From positions 64,001 to 128,000 of the forward strand of contig JBDRQI010000005.1 of assembly GCA_043826355.1 (NCBI GenBank): 64,000 nucleotides of DNA, given 5' to 3'. The notes below the pieces were generated by a model. The model worked only from the letters and a program-made list of their open reading frames with translations. It ran no database searches and was not told the DNA's origin. This document shows positions 47,934 through 57,418 of the stretch, one piece after another. Origin of the DNA: Candidatus Omnitrophota bacterium (GTDB taxonomy: Bacteria > Ratteibacteria > UBA8468 > MWAK01). Position 1 is the first letter of the stretch. Each line of letters opens with the position of its first letter. The translations under genes were made by a program, and so were the position numbers.

Positions 47934-48097
47934 ATGGAAAAAACATGTAAAAATTGTCAGAGTTGCGGAATACCGACAAAAAAGACCCGGAAGGCGGCGG
48001 AACAAATACCGAAGGAACAAAATCGGAAATGTATTGCAGTTATTGTTATCAAAAAAGAGCTTTTACAAGGAATTGCACGGTAGAACAAATGCAGTAA
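47934..48097 (+). pseudogene. Putative zinc-ribbon protein relic
   Basis: MEKTCKNCQSCGIP, frameshift in an A-tract, DPEGGGTNTEGTKSEMYCSYCYQ, early stop. Confidence 0.7.
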
Positions 48098-48158
48098 CCC
48101 GGTGGGTAATTAGAATTGTCGCCGTTGGGTAAATAATTGACGTTAATCATAAATCACT

Positions 48159-48554
48159 ATGAACACATACAACTGGTACTCACAAATTATCAGACCTTCA
48201 TGGTCGCCACCGTCTTGGCTCTTTGGGCCAGTTTGGACGCTCCTATATATATTGATTGCTGTTTCGTTTGGCAAGGTTTTTTTGATGGTGTGGAAAAAAG
48301 AGATTGCGTTTCTGGTTGCTTTGCCATTTATTCTTAATCTCGTTTTCAACCTTTCTTTTACGCCTTTGCAATTCGGGCTGAGAAACAATCTCCTTGCGGC
48401 GATTGATATTTTATTGGTGCTGGGCACGCTCATCTGGGCAATGGTAGCTATTTATCCTCACGCGCGCTGGATTGCATACATCCAAATTCCGTATTTGCTT
48501 TGGGTATCGTTTGCGACAGTTTTACAATTAACCATTACATATCTTAATCGTTAG
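48159..48554 (+). CDS. tspO: TspO/MBR tryptophan-rich sensory protein
   Basis: WY..I.RPSWSPPSWLFGPVWTLLY, PYLLWVSFA. Confidence 0.92.
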   Translation: MNTYNWYSQIIRPSWSPPSWLFGPVWTLLYILIAVSFGKVFLMVWKKEIAFLVALPFILNLVFNLSFTPLQFGLRNNLLAAIDILLVLGTLIWAMVAIYPHARWIAYIQIPYLLWVSFATVLQLTITYLNR

Positions 48555-48558
48555 CTTT

Positions 48559-48900
48559 ATGCGCATATGGGATATTCATCCAAAACATTTGTGCCGAAAG
48601 CATTTGCTGGCAGAACATAGAGAGCTCCACGGTCTTTGGAACATCTTAACCAAACACAAAAGTAAAGGTGGATATTCACGACACCCGGAAACCCTGCGCT
48701 GGGTAGATAAACAGAAGGCGCTTTATTTAAGGCACGAAAAGCTAATAGAAGAGTTTAAACAACGTGGATACAAACACTATTCTCCGCTCAATAAACGCTT
48801 TGCCACAGGATCGGGAAGTCAAAAGATTTTCATCAATATGATAAAAGAACAAAAAATCATATTGAAAAATAAGCCATGCGAGTGTTTTTCGCATCTTTAA
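48559..48900 (+). CDS. Pyrimidine dimer DNA glycosylase/endonuclease V-like protein
   Basis: MRIWDI.P..LCRKHLLAEHRELH, GYSRHPET.RW, RGYKH.SPL. Confidence 0.8.
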   Translation: MRIWDIHPKHLCRKHLLAEHRELHGLWNILTKHKSKGGYSRHPETLRWVDKQKALYLRHEKLIEEFKQRGYKHYSPLNKRFATGSGSQKIFINMIKEQKIILKNKPCECFSHL

Positions 48901-48954
48901 AAAGCAGCGCACCAACTTTGCCGGTACGAAATTCAGCTTCTGTATTTTCGCTAA

Positions 48955-49236
48955 AAAAGTCCGGACCGGCCAGAAGAAATACCAAAGCCACCCCCGGACT
49001 CATGCCTTTTGCAATTAAAGCCGCTGCTATGGGAGTTGATGCGCTTGCGCAGATATAAATTGGATACGCCGGTGCTCTACCGGGACGAACCGGTGGAAAA
49101 GGCGATTGAGACCTTCCGGGGGAGCAGTTATCACGCTTTCCCGATCCTGGAAGCAACTGAGGAGGGCGATCTTTACGTTGGCCTGGTTCTCCTGAAAGAC
49201 ATCCTGCCGGACCTGCCGGTCCGGTCAAAAGCCTGA
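48955..49236. pseudogene. Abutting gene fragments: DUF318 permease piece (-) and CBS-domain piece (+)
   Basis: YICASASTPIAAALIAKGMSPG..LVFLLAGP on -; AIETFR...AFPIL...YVGLV..KDIL on +. Confidence 0.65.
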
Positions 49237-49318
49237 TACCCGACAAAACAAAAATCCTACCAGTCTGTATCGGTTGAAGTTAACATATGGTTTGCGTTCG
49301 GGTGATCGTAGAAATGGT

Positions 49319-50827
49319 TTAAAATCGCTTCCGGCGTTTCCACCAGACCAGGAAGGCGGAGATGCCGGCGGCCAGGGGACCGACCGGAAGAGAACCATAA
49401 TCGCCGGTCATAATGTCTGCCGCCACCACGGCATGATTAGAGTAAATGTAGCTGGGAGAACTGCCGGCAACATTCTGCCGCCAAACCGCCACGACGTTAT
49501 CCCCTGAAATTGCGATTTGGGGATAATCGCTGCCCCCGTCGCCATTTGAAACCGTATCAACGGTTGTCGTATCCCAGATAATCGCCCCGTCATCATCTAT
49601 GGTTGCGTAGTTGGAATAGATACGGTCATAACTATTGCCGTCGTTTTTAACCCAGACCACCGCAACGTTATCCCCGGAAATTGACACCCGGGGCAAAGAC
49701 GCGTATTGTTCAGTATCATACTCAACCAACTGGTCTGAACTCCAGACGGGAATACCCTCCGATGAAATGGTGGCGTAATTGAAGTAGACGCGGTCGTAGC
49801 TGCCGTCAGATTGCTGCCAGACCGCCGCAACCGTATTCCCGGAAACTGCGATTTGGGGATCAAAAAACGCACCGTAATAATTATTCTCAATTATACTGGT
49901 ATTTGCCGGGTCCCAGGCAACAGCTCCGGCACCATCTATTGTTGCATAATTGGAATAGATGTTTATAGCGCTACCGTCATATTGCCGCCAGACCGCCACG
50001 GCCGTGTCGCCGGAAATCGCGATTTGCGGACCGCCATACGCGGGATTTGACTGATTATCAACCGTTTGGATACTCGACCAACTCTCTCCTCCATCTGTGG
50101 AATAGTTGGAATAAATATTGGCATTGCCGCCGGTGCTTCCCCGCCAGACCGCCACAACCGTATCACCGGAAATCGCGATTTGCGGTTCATACCAAGACCC
50201 TTCGACCGAACTAATCTGCTGGGCCGTTTTCCAGTCCGGAACTCCCCCGGTAATCGTGGCGTAATTGGAGTAGATGAAGTTAGGCCAACTCGAATTTTCG
50301 TCTTCTTTCTCCCAGACCGCCACGACCGTATCACCATCGGCGTCACCGAATATCGCGATTCGGGGGTTGGACGCATTGTAATCATTACTCTCAATCGGAC
50401 CGGCATTTGCCGAATCCCAGACAACAGCCCCATCCCCGTCTATCGTTCCGTAGTTAGAGTAAATGCTGTAATAGTCGCCGTCATATTGCTGCCAGACCGC
50501 TACAACCATATCCCCGGAAATTGCGATTCGGGGGTTAAATGCATCTCCGGCAGCCGCTTCAATCAACTGGGTATCGCTCCAGGTTTCTCCTCCGTCTGTG
50601 GAATAGTTGGAATAGAGATGGGAATAACCCGCTCCAATCTGTTGTACCCAGACCGCCGCAACCGTATTCCCGGAAGTTACGATTTGAGGAGTATACACAT
50701 CGCCGATATTCTGCTCAATCCTGGCCGCATTTGTTTCGTCCCAGGTAAGAGTCTGGGCTCCGATAAAATTCGGAAACAAAACTAACGCCGCAAGTGCTGC
50801 CGTCGTATAGACAAAAAGTTTTTTCAC
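49319..50827 (-). CDS. Exported repeat (beta-propeller/Asp-box) surface protein with C-terminal TM-basic anchor
   Basis: Signal peptide from GTG 50827; 8 PxIAISGDxVVAVW repeats; STDGGETWS Asp-boxes; tail AGISAFLVWWKRRKRF. Confidence 0.8.
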   Translation of the reverse strand: MKKLFVYTTAALAALVLFPNFIGAQTLTWDETNAARIEQNIGDVYTPQIVTSGNTVAAVWVQQIGAGYSHLYSNYSTDGGETWSDTQLIEAAAGDAFNPRIAISGDMVVAVWQQYDGDYYSIYSNYGTIDGDGAVVWDSANAGPIESNDYNASNPRIAIFGDADGDTVVAVWEKEDENSSWPNFIYSNYATITGGVPDWKTAQQISSVEGSWYEPQIAISGDTVVAVWRGSTGGNANIYSNYSTDGGESWSSIQTVDNQSNPAYGGPQIAISGDTAVAVWRQYDGSAINIYSNYATIDGAGAVAWDPANTSIIENNYYGAFFDPQIAVSGNTVAAVWQQSDGSYDRVYFNYATISSEGIPVWSSDQLVEYDTEQYASLPRVSISGDNVAVVWVKNDGNSYDRIYSNYATIDDDGAIIWDTTTVDTVSNGDGGSDYPQIAISGDNVVAVWRQNVAGSSPSYIYSNHAVVAADIMTGDYGSLPVGPLAAGISAFLVWWKRRKRF

Positions 50828-51095
50828 GTTACCCCCTATTTTAGTCGGAAAATTATAGTATTTGACATACTCCATTTGCCCATCAAAAAGAAATATTTTA
50901 ACCTGATTCCCTACTTTACTTACCATCATTTTACTCCGGTACATCTATCGTGTCAATTAAAAAATTAAAAAGCTCCAAATTCTTATTCCTAAACACCCTA
51001 AAACTCCTGTTTTTAGATCTTACAGTCTTGGATAATTTTGCAAATGCGCCCCATTACCGTGTTGATTTTTAATTGGCGGGGATATTTGTTCTTTA

Positions 51096-52558
51096 TCATC
51101 CAGGCGCCGGACAAAGACCGCGTATCTTTTGCATGATGCTTTTCCAGAGATGTTCATTGATCGTTGCTTCCGCTAAAAGCAGATAGTAATACCGGGCATG
51201 CCTGATAAGCCTGCCGCCCATCTTTATCAGTTTTAACTGTATCGTCCTTAAGGACCAACTCCTTATCTTTTCCGGCAAGGCCAGCGTCCGGAAAATATTC
51301 CCCAGATTATATGCCATGATGAATAGTTTCAGCCGGATTTCGTTCTCCTTAAATCCCTGGCAACTAAGCCTGGTCCAGTTTAAGGCATATTTTCCTTCTT
51401 TTATCTCCGCCGGAGGCGGATCTGCCTCTGGCATGACACTGCTCGCAGGTGCCCCGGTGGTTGTAGAATTTTATTACCGCCTTATTATTCCATTTGAGAC
51501 TGGTTACGATGTATCCTATCCTGGGAAACAGTTCTCCCTGATGGTGCTCCATCTTCGCTACTATTCTCCGCTCTTTTTCCCAGGCGGCAGCACGATACTG
51601 GAAACTGACATATTTTACCACCGGTTGCTTTCCGGGTCTGCCCACCGACCGCTTTGCATATGGCGCCACCAACTCTCGTAACTTCTCATTCTCTTTTATC
51701 CGCACCGTATAGTCTATTCCCAGTTCTTCGCATAATTTATACAGACCCGGTATGGCAAAGGCGGCATCTCCCCGTACCTTTATGTTGATTCCTTTTTCGG
51801 CGTAAGACCTCAATATCGGCTCCAGGAATTCCTGCCATCCATCTGCGCTATGCACATTACCCGGCCTTAGTTTTACCTTGAGACAGTCACCGTACTGGTT
51901 GAATACCAATAATGGGTGGTAACACCTTGAAAGAAAATGTCCGTTATAACTTGACCCTTCCTGTTCCCCGTACACCGGGCTCTCGGAACTGTCTATGTAC
52001 AAGATTATTTCCTTCATACCTCGTACTGAATCTACCTTTTTTTGTCCATTGCTTCAGTATCTCGTCCAGATTGTTCGGATTATCTCCCTCCAGCAATATC
52101 TCTTTCTCAAACCTGCCTACGGTTGTTTCTCCGGCGCCGGTCTTTGCCAGGGCGCGATTTCCGATTACCGCTCTCATGCCAGGGTCTTTCCTCAAGCCTT
52201 CAGCATCGTTGGTGTCTTCGTATCCTCCCAGGCGTGAATAGACACTCTGCCGCAGTAATCCCTCCATCTCACGCTGGATGTTTTTGCCGTGCCGCTTGTC
52301 TTCCAGATATTCCCCGGCGATTTTTGTTAATCCTAATTGTTCGTCCATCTCTCTTATCGCTACCAATCCTCCATCAGATGTTACCTGGGTTCCTCTGAAT
52401 CCGATCTTCAGTTTTTGATTAAAGCCTACCCGGAAATAGCTGTTTTTACTTTCACCCATTAGGTATCTCCTTTTTTTCGTCTGTTTCCAGCTATATTATA
52501 GACGCAAGAAAGGTCAAATTGTCCAGAGGAAATTCTGTCTTTATATGGGGAATGCGGG
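51096..52558 (-). pseudogene. IS1380-family transposase, two frameshifts
   Basis: TSDGGL, GYEDTNDA, DSSE.PVYGEQEG..YNGH...YHPL, RGDAAF, YNHRGTCEQ/IKEGK, ENEIRL; probable terminal IR ends at 52558. Confidence 0.92.
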
Positions 52559-52786
52559 ATAATTACTTCTCACTTTTGGATGCTTATTGAACATTGCGGA
52601 AACCCGGAAGAATTTTTAAAAACAGCGAAAAATTAGTTTATGCAAAAAAATAGTGTCCGATAAAATTTTTTCTTTTTAAAATGAACTTATTTCACAGCAA
52701 GGATCTCGTGACCGCCTCGTTTTTTGAAACTGACAATAAATAATATTTTGGTATAGTGAAAAAAATGTACGACCCGCCTTTAATCT

Positions 52787-53293
52787 TTATTTTACGGCTT
52801 GGTTTCGCGGCAAACTATCTTCAACATTAAGGGAAGGGTCTACGCTCTTCTTCAGGCTGTCTAACCCAATCTTATCCCCGACCCTGAACCCCTTGCGCCG
52901 CATGACGTTCGCATTGGTTTCGATCACATATTTTGTCCCTTTCGGCATCTTTATCATCTCAGTTTCCGGAGGCGCATCAACAATTTGCAGGACCTTGCCG
53001 TCCTTGTCAAGCGCGGTCATCTCTATCGTAAAGAGACAGTTACGGCAGTGGAACGTGTCAACACGCCCCAGGTCTCTGAATAAAACCCCAACGCTCTCCG
53101 GCATCTCCGTAACGTATTGAAGACCTAACGATAAGTCGTTCCGGTTTCTCGTAGCAATTAAAGTTACTCCATCAAGTTGCCTGGTTTGGGGTGATGCGCT
53201 TTCCGGCAAAACTATAGTGGCAGGAAAGAAAAATGGAAAGAGAATGGTAATCAGGGGAATCGCCATTTTAAAAAATCCAATTTTATTTTCCAT
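52787..53293 (-). CDS. DUF192 family protein
   Basis: LGLQY..EMP...GVLF, FHCRNC, YVIETNA, GFRVGD. Confidence 0.7.
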   Translation of the reverse strand: MENKIGFFKMAIPLITILFPFFFPATIVLPESASPQTRQLDGVTLIATRNRNDLSLGLQYVTEMPESVGVLFRDLGRVDTFHCRNCLFTIEMTALDKDGKVLQIVDAPPETEMIKMPKGTKYVIETNANVMRRKGFRVGDKIGLDSLKKSVDPSLNVEDSLPRNQAVK

Positions 53294-53408
53294 TTTGCAG
53301 AATTGAAAATTTAATTTGTAATCATTCGTTTGCCCGGCAAAAAATTTTTAGCCTGAGATGCTTCTTGTTTATTATACTGTACCACGATATGACAATTTAT
53401 CAAATGAA

Positions 53409-53439
53409 GAAGTGAACCCCTGTTCTCGGACAGACAGGT
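53409..53439. repeat. Solo copy of the IS3 relic terminal sequence
   Basis: 28/31 identical to 31060-31090. Confidence 0.75.
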
Positions 53440-53463
53440 GGCATAGCCATAAATAATGGCGGA

Positions 53464-53805
53464 TTACTTAAGGCTGACGGTGCCGGTAGCCGGGTCGTAT
53501 GAAATTTCCTGATTAGCCGGAGGTTTCGGCAGTTCTTTGATATAACCCTTGCCTACCAGTTCCTGAAGAGAGGTCGGATATCGGTCTTCCTGAACATAAA
53601 AAGAGTCCACCAGTTGCTTGAGAGGGAGAACCACGTCCATCGCCTTGGCTTTCCGGTAGGTCTTCCCCATTACACCGCCGTACTGCTGAATCGCATTGCC
53701 CGGAGTGAGCGGTGGAGACTCAGGGGTGGGTTCTTGTTTCTTTCCGCAAGAAACAAGACCGATAGTGAATAAAATAACGGCCAAAAATAGAACCAATCTT
53801 TTCAT
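53464..53805 (-). CDS. Small lipoprotein with pseudopilin (GspG)-like C-terminal motif
   Basis: Lipobox LVSC; F...EDRYPTSLQELV.KGYI..LPKPP. Confidence 0.7.
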   Translation of the reverse strand: MKRLVLFLAVILFTIGLVSCGKKQEPTPESPPLTPGNAIQQYGGVMGKTYRKAKAMDVVLPLKQLVDSFYVQEDRYPTSLQELVGKGYIKELPKPPANQEISYDPATGTVSLK

Positions 53806-53815
53806 ATCATTTCTT

Positions 53816-54640
53816 TTAGATTTTGACGACCTTCCCATCGTAGGCGACTTCAATACCCTCTTTACCCAGAATCTTTTCCAACTCAGCATGAAGCAAGCCG
53901 CCGTTATGAGAAAAATGAGTGGCAACACACCGGCAGCTTTTTTTCAGATTTCCGTTCCCTGCTAATCTTTTTTTTACTTTCATTACCCCTTTAATTCCGA
54001 GATGGTACCGTTCTTCGTCTATCTTGCCGTTGGTACAATCCAGAACTATCAAATCAAATTTAAAATCCTGGAGCGCTTTCCAGGTTTCCTCGGGATACCA
54101 GCCCGTATCATGGCCGTGAAGCAGGGTACGGCCTTTGTACCGGAAGACAAAGTTAAAACAGAGTTTTTTAGGGTCATGGTCGGCTTTAACGGGTAGGACT
54201 TTCATCTCTCCGGCCGTAAATTCTTTATACGGTTCGATAATATGAAAAGAAATACCCGTCGATTTTTCATAATCTCCCCGGTGCTGTGCTTTTAGAGTAG
54301 AATCACAAACGGATTTACTGGTGTAGATGTTAAGGATATCTTCTTTCCCGAGATGAGCAAATGGCGCAGCGCGAAGGCGTAAATCTAACGGGCAGTAATG
54401 GTCGCTGTGGTCATGGGTTACAAAAAGATGTTTCACTTTAGCCAACCTGATGTTGTATCTATTCATCTGCCAGTAAGTATCCGGAGGAAAATCAACCTTG
54501 TAGCGGCCGTCTATTAAAAGGGAAGAACGGGACCGGATGTCTTTTCCTTTTAACCGCCGCGCTCGTTGACAATAACGGCATTCACAAAACAGTCCCGGCC
54601 AACCTTCGGCCGCCGCCGTGCCTAAAAAAAGTATTTCCAT
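53816..54640 (-). CDS. PhnP-like MBL-fold hydrolase
   Basis: FLGTAAAEG.P..FCEC..C, THDHSDH, HDTG, THFSH. Confidence 0.88.
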   Translation of the reverse strand: MEILFLGTAAAEGWPGLFCECRYCQRARRLKGKDIRSRSSLLIDGRYKVDFPPDTYWQMNRYNIRLAKVKHLFVTHDHSDHYCPLDLRLRAAPFAHLGKEDILNIYTSKSVCDSTLKAQHRGDYEKSTGISFHIIEPYKEFTAGEMKVLPVKADHDPKKLCFNFVFRYKGRTLLHGHDTGWYPEETWKALQDFKFDLIVLDCTNGKIDEERYHLGIKGVMKVKKRLAGNGNLKKSCRCVATHFSHNGGLLHAELEKILGKEGIEVAYDGKVVKI

Positions 54641-54954
54641 AATTATTCCTTTAATTTAATCCATCAGGTAATTTACGGGAGAAGTATATATCTTCAGACT
54701 TTTTTGAATAAATTTACCTGGTTTGAAATTTGCGGTTTGATGTTGTTCTTAGTTGCTGTTTTGGGTGATTTTTTTGCTTTCAGATTATACTTCTTCCTGC
54801 GTTTCGGAGTCAACCGCCTGGAGCCAAAATTCTGTTTTTCGGTCAAATCCAATAACTTTGGCTGTCGCTGACAAAAAATACAGGAAAATATATTTTTTTA
54901 CAAAAACGCCCGATATGTTATAAAATTAAACACATTACAACCGGGAGGAATACG

Positions 54955-55554
54955 ATGAACCCAAAAGAACTTGACGTAAGAGGAACAGACAACACCGCAA
55001 ATCCGGCCCCGCTTGGACTGGCTGGTTTTGGAATGACCACCGTACTTCTCAACCTTCACAACGCCGGATTGTTTGAACTTGGCACCATGATTCTGGCAAT
55101 GGGTATATTTTATGGTGGATTGGCGCAAATAATCGCCGGAATAATGGAGTGGAAAAAAGGCAATACATTTGGAACAACTGCTTTCACTTCATACGGTCTG
55201 TTCTGGTTGTCTCTCGCAGCTCTTCTTGTTATGCCAAAAATGGGGCTCGGTGAAATCAACTCTCTGGTTGCCATGTCATTCTACCTTTTAATGTGGGGAA
55301 TCTTCACGTTTTGCCTATTTCTGGCAACTCTTAAAATGAACCGGGCGATGCAGTTTATTTTTGGATCTCTTACGCTACTGTTTTTGCTCCTGGCTCTCAG
55401 CGATATTACGGGAAATACGGCATTGAAAAAAATAGCAGGGATAGAAGGTATAATCTGCGGGGCATCTGCCATATATACGGGCATGGCGCAGATATTGAAT
55501 GAAGTATACGGCAGAACGATTCTGCCGCTCGGGGCTTCAAGTAAAAATAACTGA
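54955..55554 (+). CDS. satP: Acetate/succinate uptake transporter (GPR1/FUN34/YaaH)
   Basis: [31 protein letters not shown]. Confidence 0.93.
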   Translation: MNPKELDVRGTDNTANPAPLGLAGFGMTTVLLNLHNAGLFELGTMILAMGIFYGGLAQIIAGIMEWKKGNTFGTTAFTSYGLFWLSLAALLVMPKMGLGEINSLVAMSFYLLMWGIFTFCLFLATLKMNRAMQFIFGSLTLLFLLLALSDITGNTALKKIAGIEGIICGASAIYTGMAQILNEVYGRTILPLGASSKNN

Positions 55555-55663
55555 CAATGCACGTACTTGATAAGACAGATTACCGAATTTATCCAATAAA
55601 ATAGGCTCTAACGTCTTCCAGCCGCAAAAAAATTAGCCGGTATTAATCCACTGCCTATACCCC

Positions 55664-57043
55664 TTAAGGAGAGTAATAATTCCAGTTCTGTTTCTGTCTC
55701 CGGTAGTGCTGCAGGGTCCAATAACGGTCCGGACTTTTTAATCCGGGTCTGGCATTATTCCAAAAGACTTTAATGATCCCTTCCTCGCCAAGAACGAGGA
55801 CCTCTTCGCGATAGTCCCCCAACACGTCGGCGGCATAAATTCGCACCGCCTTTCCAGAAAAAATGGTTTTGAATTCGCCCGTGAGAGCATCAACAATGGC
55901 TCCGGTACCGTGCTTATGTCTCTCCATACCTATAAGATAATCCTTTCCATCCCCATACCAGTCTATCCTACAAATTTCCTCTAAACCGTGCCCGGTCCAC
56001 CAATCAGGTTTATGGTCGTTGAGGTAGTACTTGGTAATGAGATTTCCCGCAGCATCAAGAACCCAAGGGGCCAATTCGTACCGATAAGGTTCCTCCCTGC
56101 CCCTGGGAGTGGTTCCATCACCGCCGGAAGAACGGTTGAAGATCTCCAGGCCGGGGCGACCAGGGTCGAAATCGCCCACAGCCAGCTTATCCGGATCCTC
56201 CCAATTCCAGGGATTTAAAGTTCGAAAAATAATCCTATCTGGATTTACAACAACAGTATGAGAATTGGCTCCTCTTTGTTCCGCAAGAGCAACTTCTAAA
56301 GGATACCCCGGAACAATATCAGCAATTACAATGCTGTCCATACTTTTCCAGGTCCCGCCAAGGTCCCAACGGTTCATTTTCGTCCCGTCATGGTCAATAA
56401 TAACCGCACCGGCAACTTCGTCCAAACCGTCACCATCTAAGTCTGCTTGACGTAAAGAACTGTGTTCGATTCCGCGGTACTCATGAGTTTCCCATAGTAA
56501 AGAACCACCTTCGGCACAGATTGCTTTAAGGTGGGTCTGGCTGTATTGAAGGACAATATCTCTATCCCCCAGACCTCTCAGATTGACAATGGCCATCGCG
56601 ATAGGTTTACCTACACCGGAAAGAACTTTTTTCTCGGCACCGGTCTTTCCGTCAAGAAAAACGATTTCATCATTAGCGGTCAGGTAGGCAATTTCTTCTT
56701 TTCCGTCGCCATCCAGGTCACCTGCAATTGCGCTGGGGTGGTGATAAAAATCAAAAAGACGAATATCGGTCTTGCGGACCCAAAGAGTTTTTCCGCGTAA
56801 GTCATAGGCGCCAATGTGCCCATCGCTGGTAACGAGAATATCCATACGGCCGTTGTTGTCTAAATCATGGACGAACAGACCGCCGCCTTCGCCGGGAACT
56901 GGCTGGGCCAGGTGAATGATGACTGAAAATACATTCCGCTGTTCCTTAATTTGTACCGGTTGGCCTACCTCGACGGTAGCGCACCCCGCCAGCAATAATA
57001 AATCAAGAACAAATAATCCCTTTTGCCAAAAAACACTTTTCAA
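55664..57043 (-). CDS. FG-GAP/PL11-like beta-propeller lipoprotein
   Basis: TTG start after GGAGGA, lipobox LAGC, repeated DLDGDG.xE, GDFDP..PGLE, ADVLGDYREE. Confidence 0.75.
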   Translation of the reverse strand: MKSVFWQKGLFVLDLLLLAGCATVEVGQPVQIKEQRNVFSVIIHLAQPVPGEGGGLFVHDLDNNGRMDILVTSDGHIGAYDLRGKTLWVRKTDIRLFDFYHHPSAIAGDLDGDGKEEIAYLTANDEIVFLDGKTGAEKKVLSGVGKPIAMAIVNLRGLGDRDIVLQYSQTHLKAICAEGGSLLWETHEYRGIEHSSLRQADLDGDGLDEVAGAVIIDHDGTKMNRWDLGGTWKSMDSIVIADIVPGYPLEVALAEQRGANSHTVVVNPDRIIFRTLNPWNWEDPDKLAVGDFDPGRPGLEIFNRSSGGDGTTPRGREEPYRYELAPWVLDAAGNLITKYYLNDHKPDWWTGHGLEEICRIDWYGDGKDYLIGMERHKHGTGAIVDALTGEFKTIFSGKAVRIYAADVLGDYREEVLVLGEEGIIKVFWNNARPGLKSPDRYWTLQHYRRQKQNWNYYSP

Positions 57044-57418
57044 TCCTCCTCCGTGATTGTTAATATCCCTCACAGAACCAAATTTGAGGATTTCCCACAG
57101 CCGGCTCTTAAGGAAAGCGCCCTGCCGGAACACCGGATAAGAGTGCTCCGACATCTTTCTTTTGCCCATTAAAAAGAAATATTTTGGTCGAATACTCTGA
57201 CCTTATATTTAAAACATACCGGGATCTTTTCAACGAAATGTCATATTTCCTTCAATTATAACGTTTCCCCTGTTTTAGAATCAATTTCTGAGAATCGCCT
57301 TATAAATAAAATAATTACGCCTGGATGATGGGGTGAATTTCGAAAGTAGGATCATTGCGAGGAACAAAGTGACGCGGCAATTCCCTGTTACTGTTTTTAA
57401 CCAGGGTCTGGATTGCTC

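Noticed and set aside
49400..50700. DGR template/variable repeat pair
   Set aside because: The repeats are in-frame protein repeats without adenine-specific differences, and no reverse transcriptase is present.
52015..52050. Programmed frameshift in the IS1380 A7 tract
   Set aside because: IS1380 transposases are single ORFs and the gene has a second lesion, so decay is more likely.
52560..52640. Possible methyltransferase-like fragment (HFWMLIEHCGNPEEFLK)
   Set aside because: Too short to support a call.
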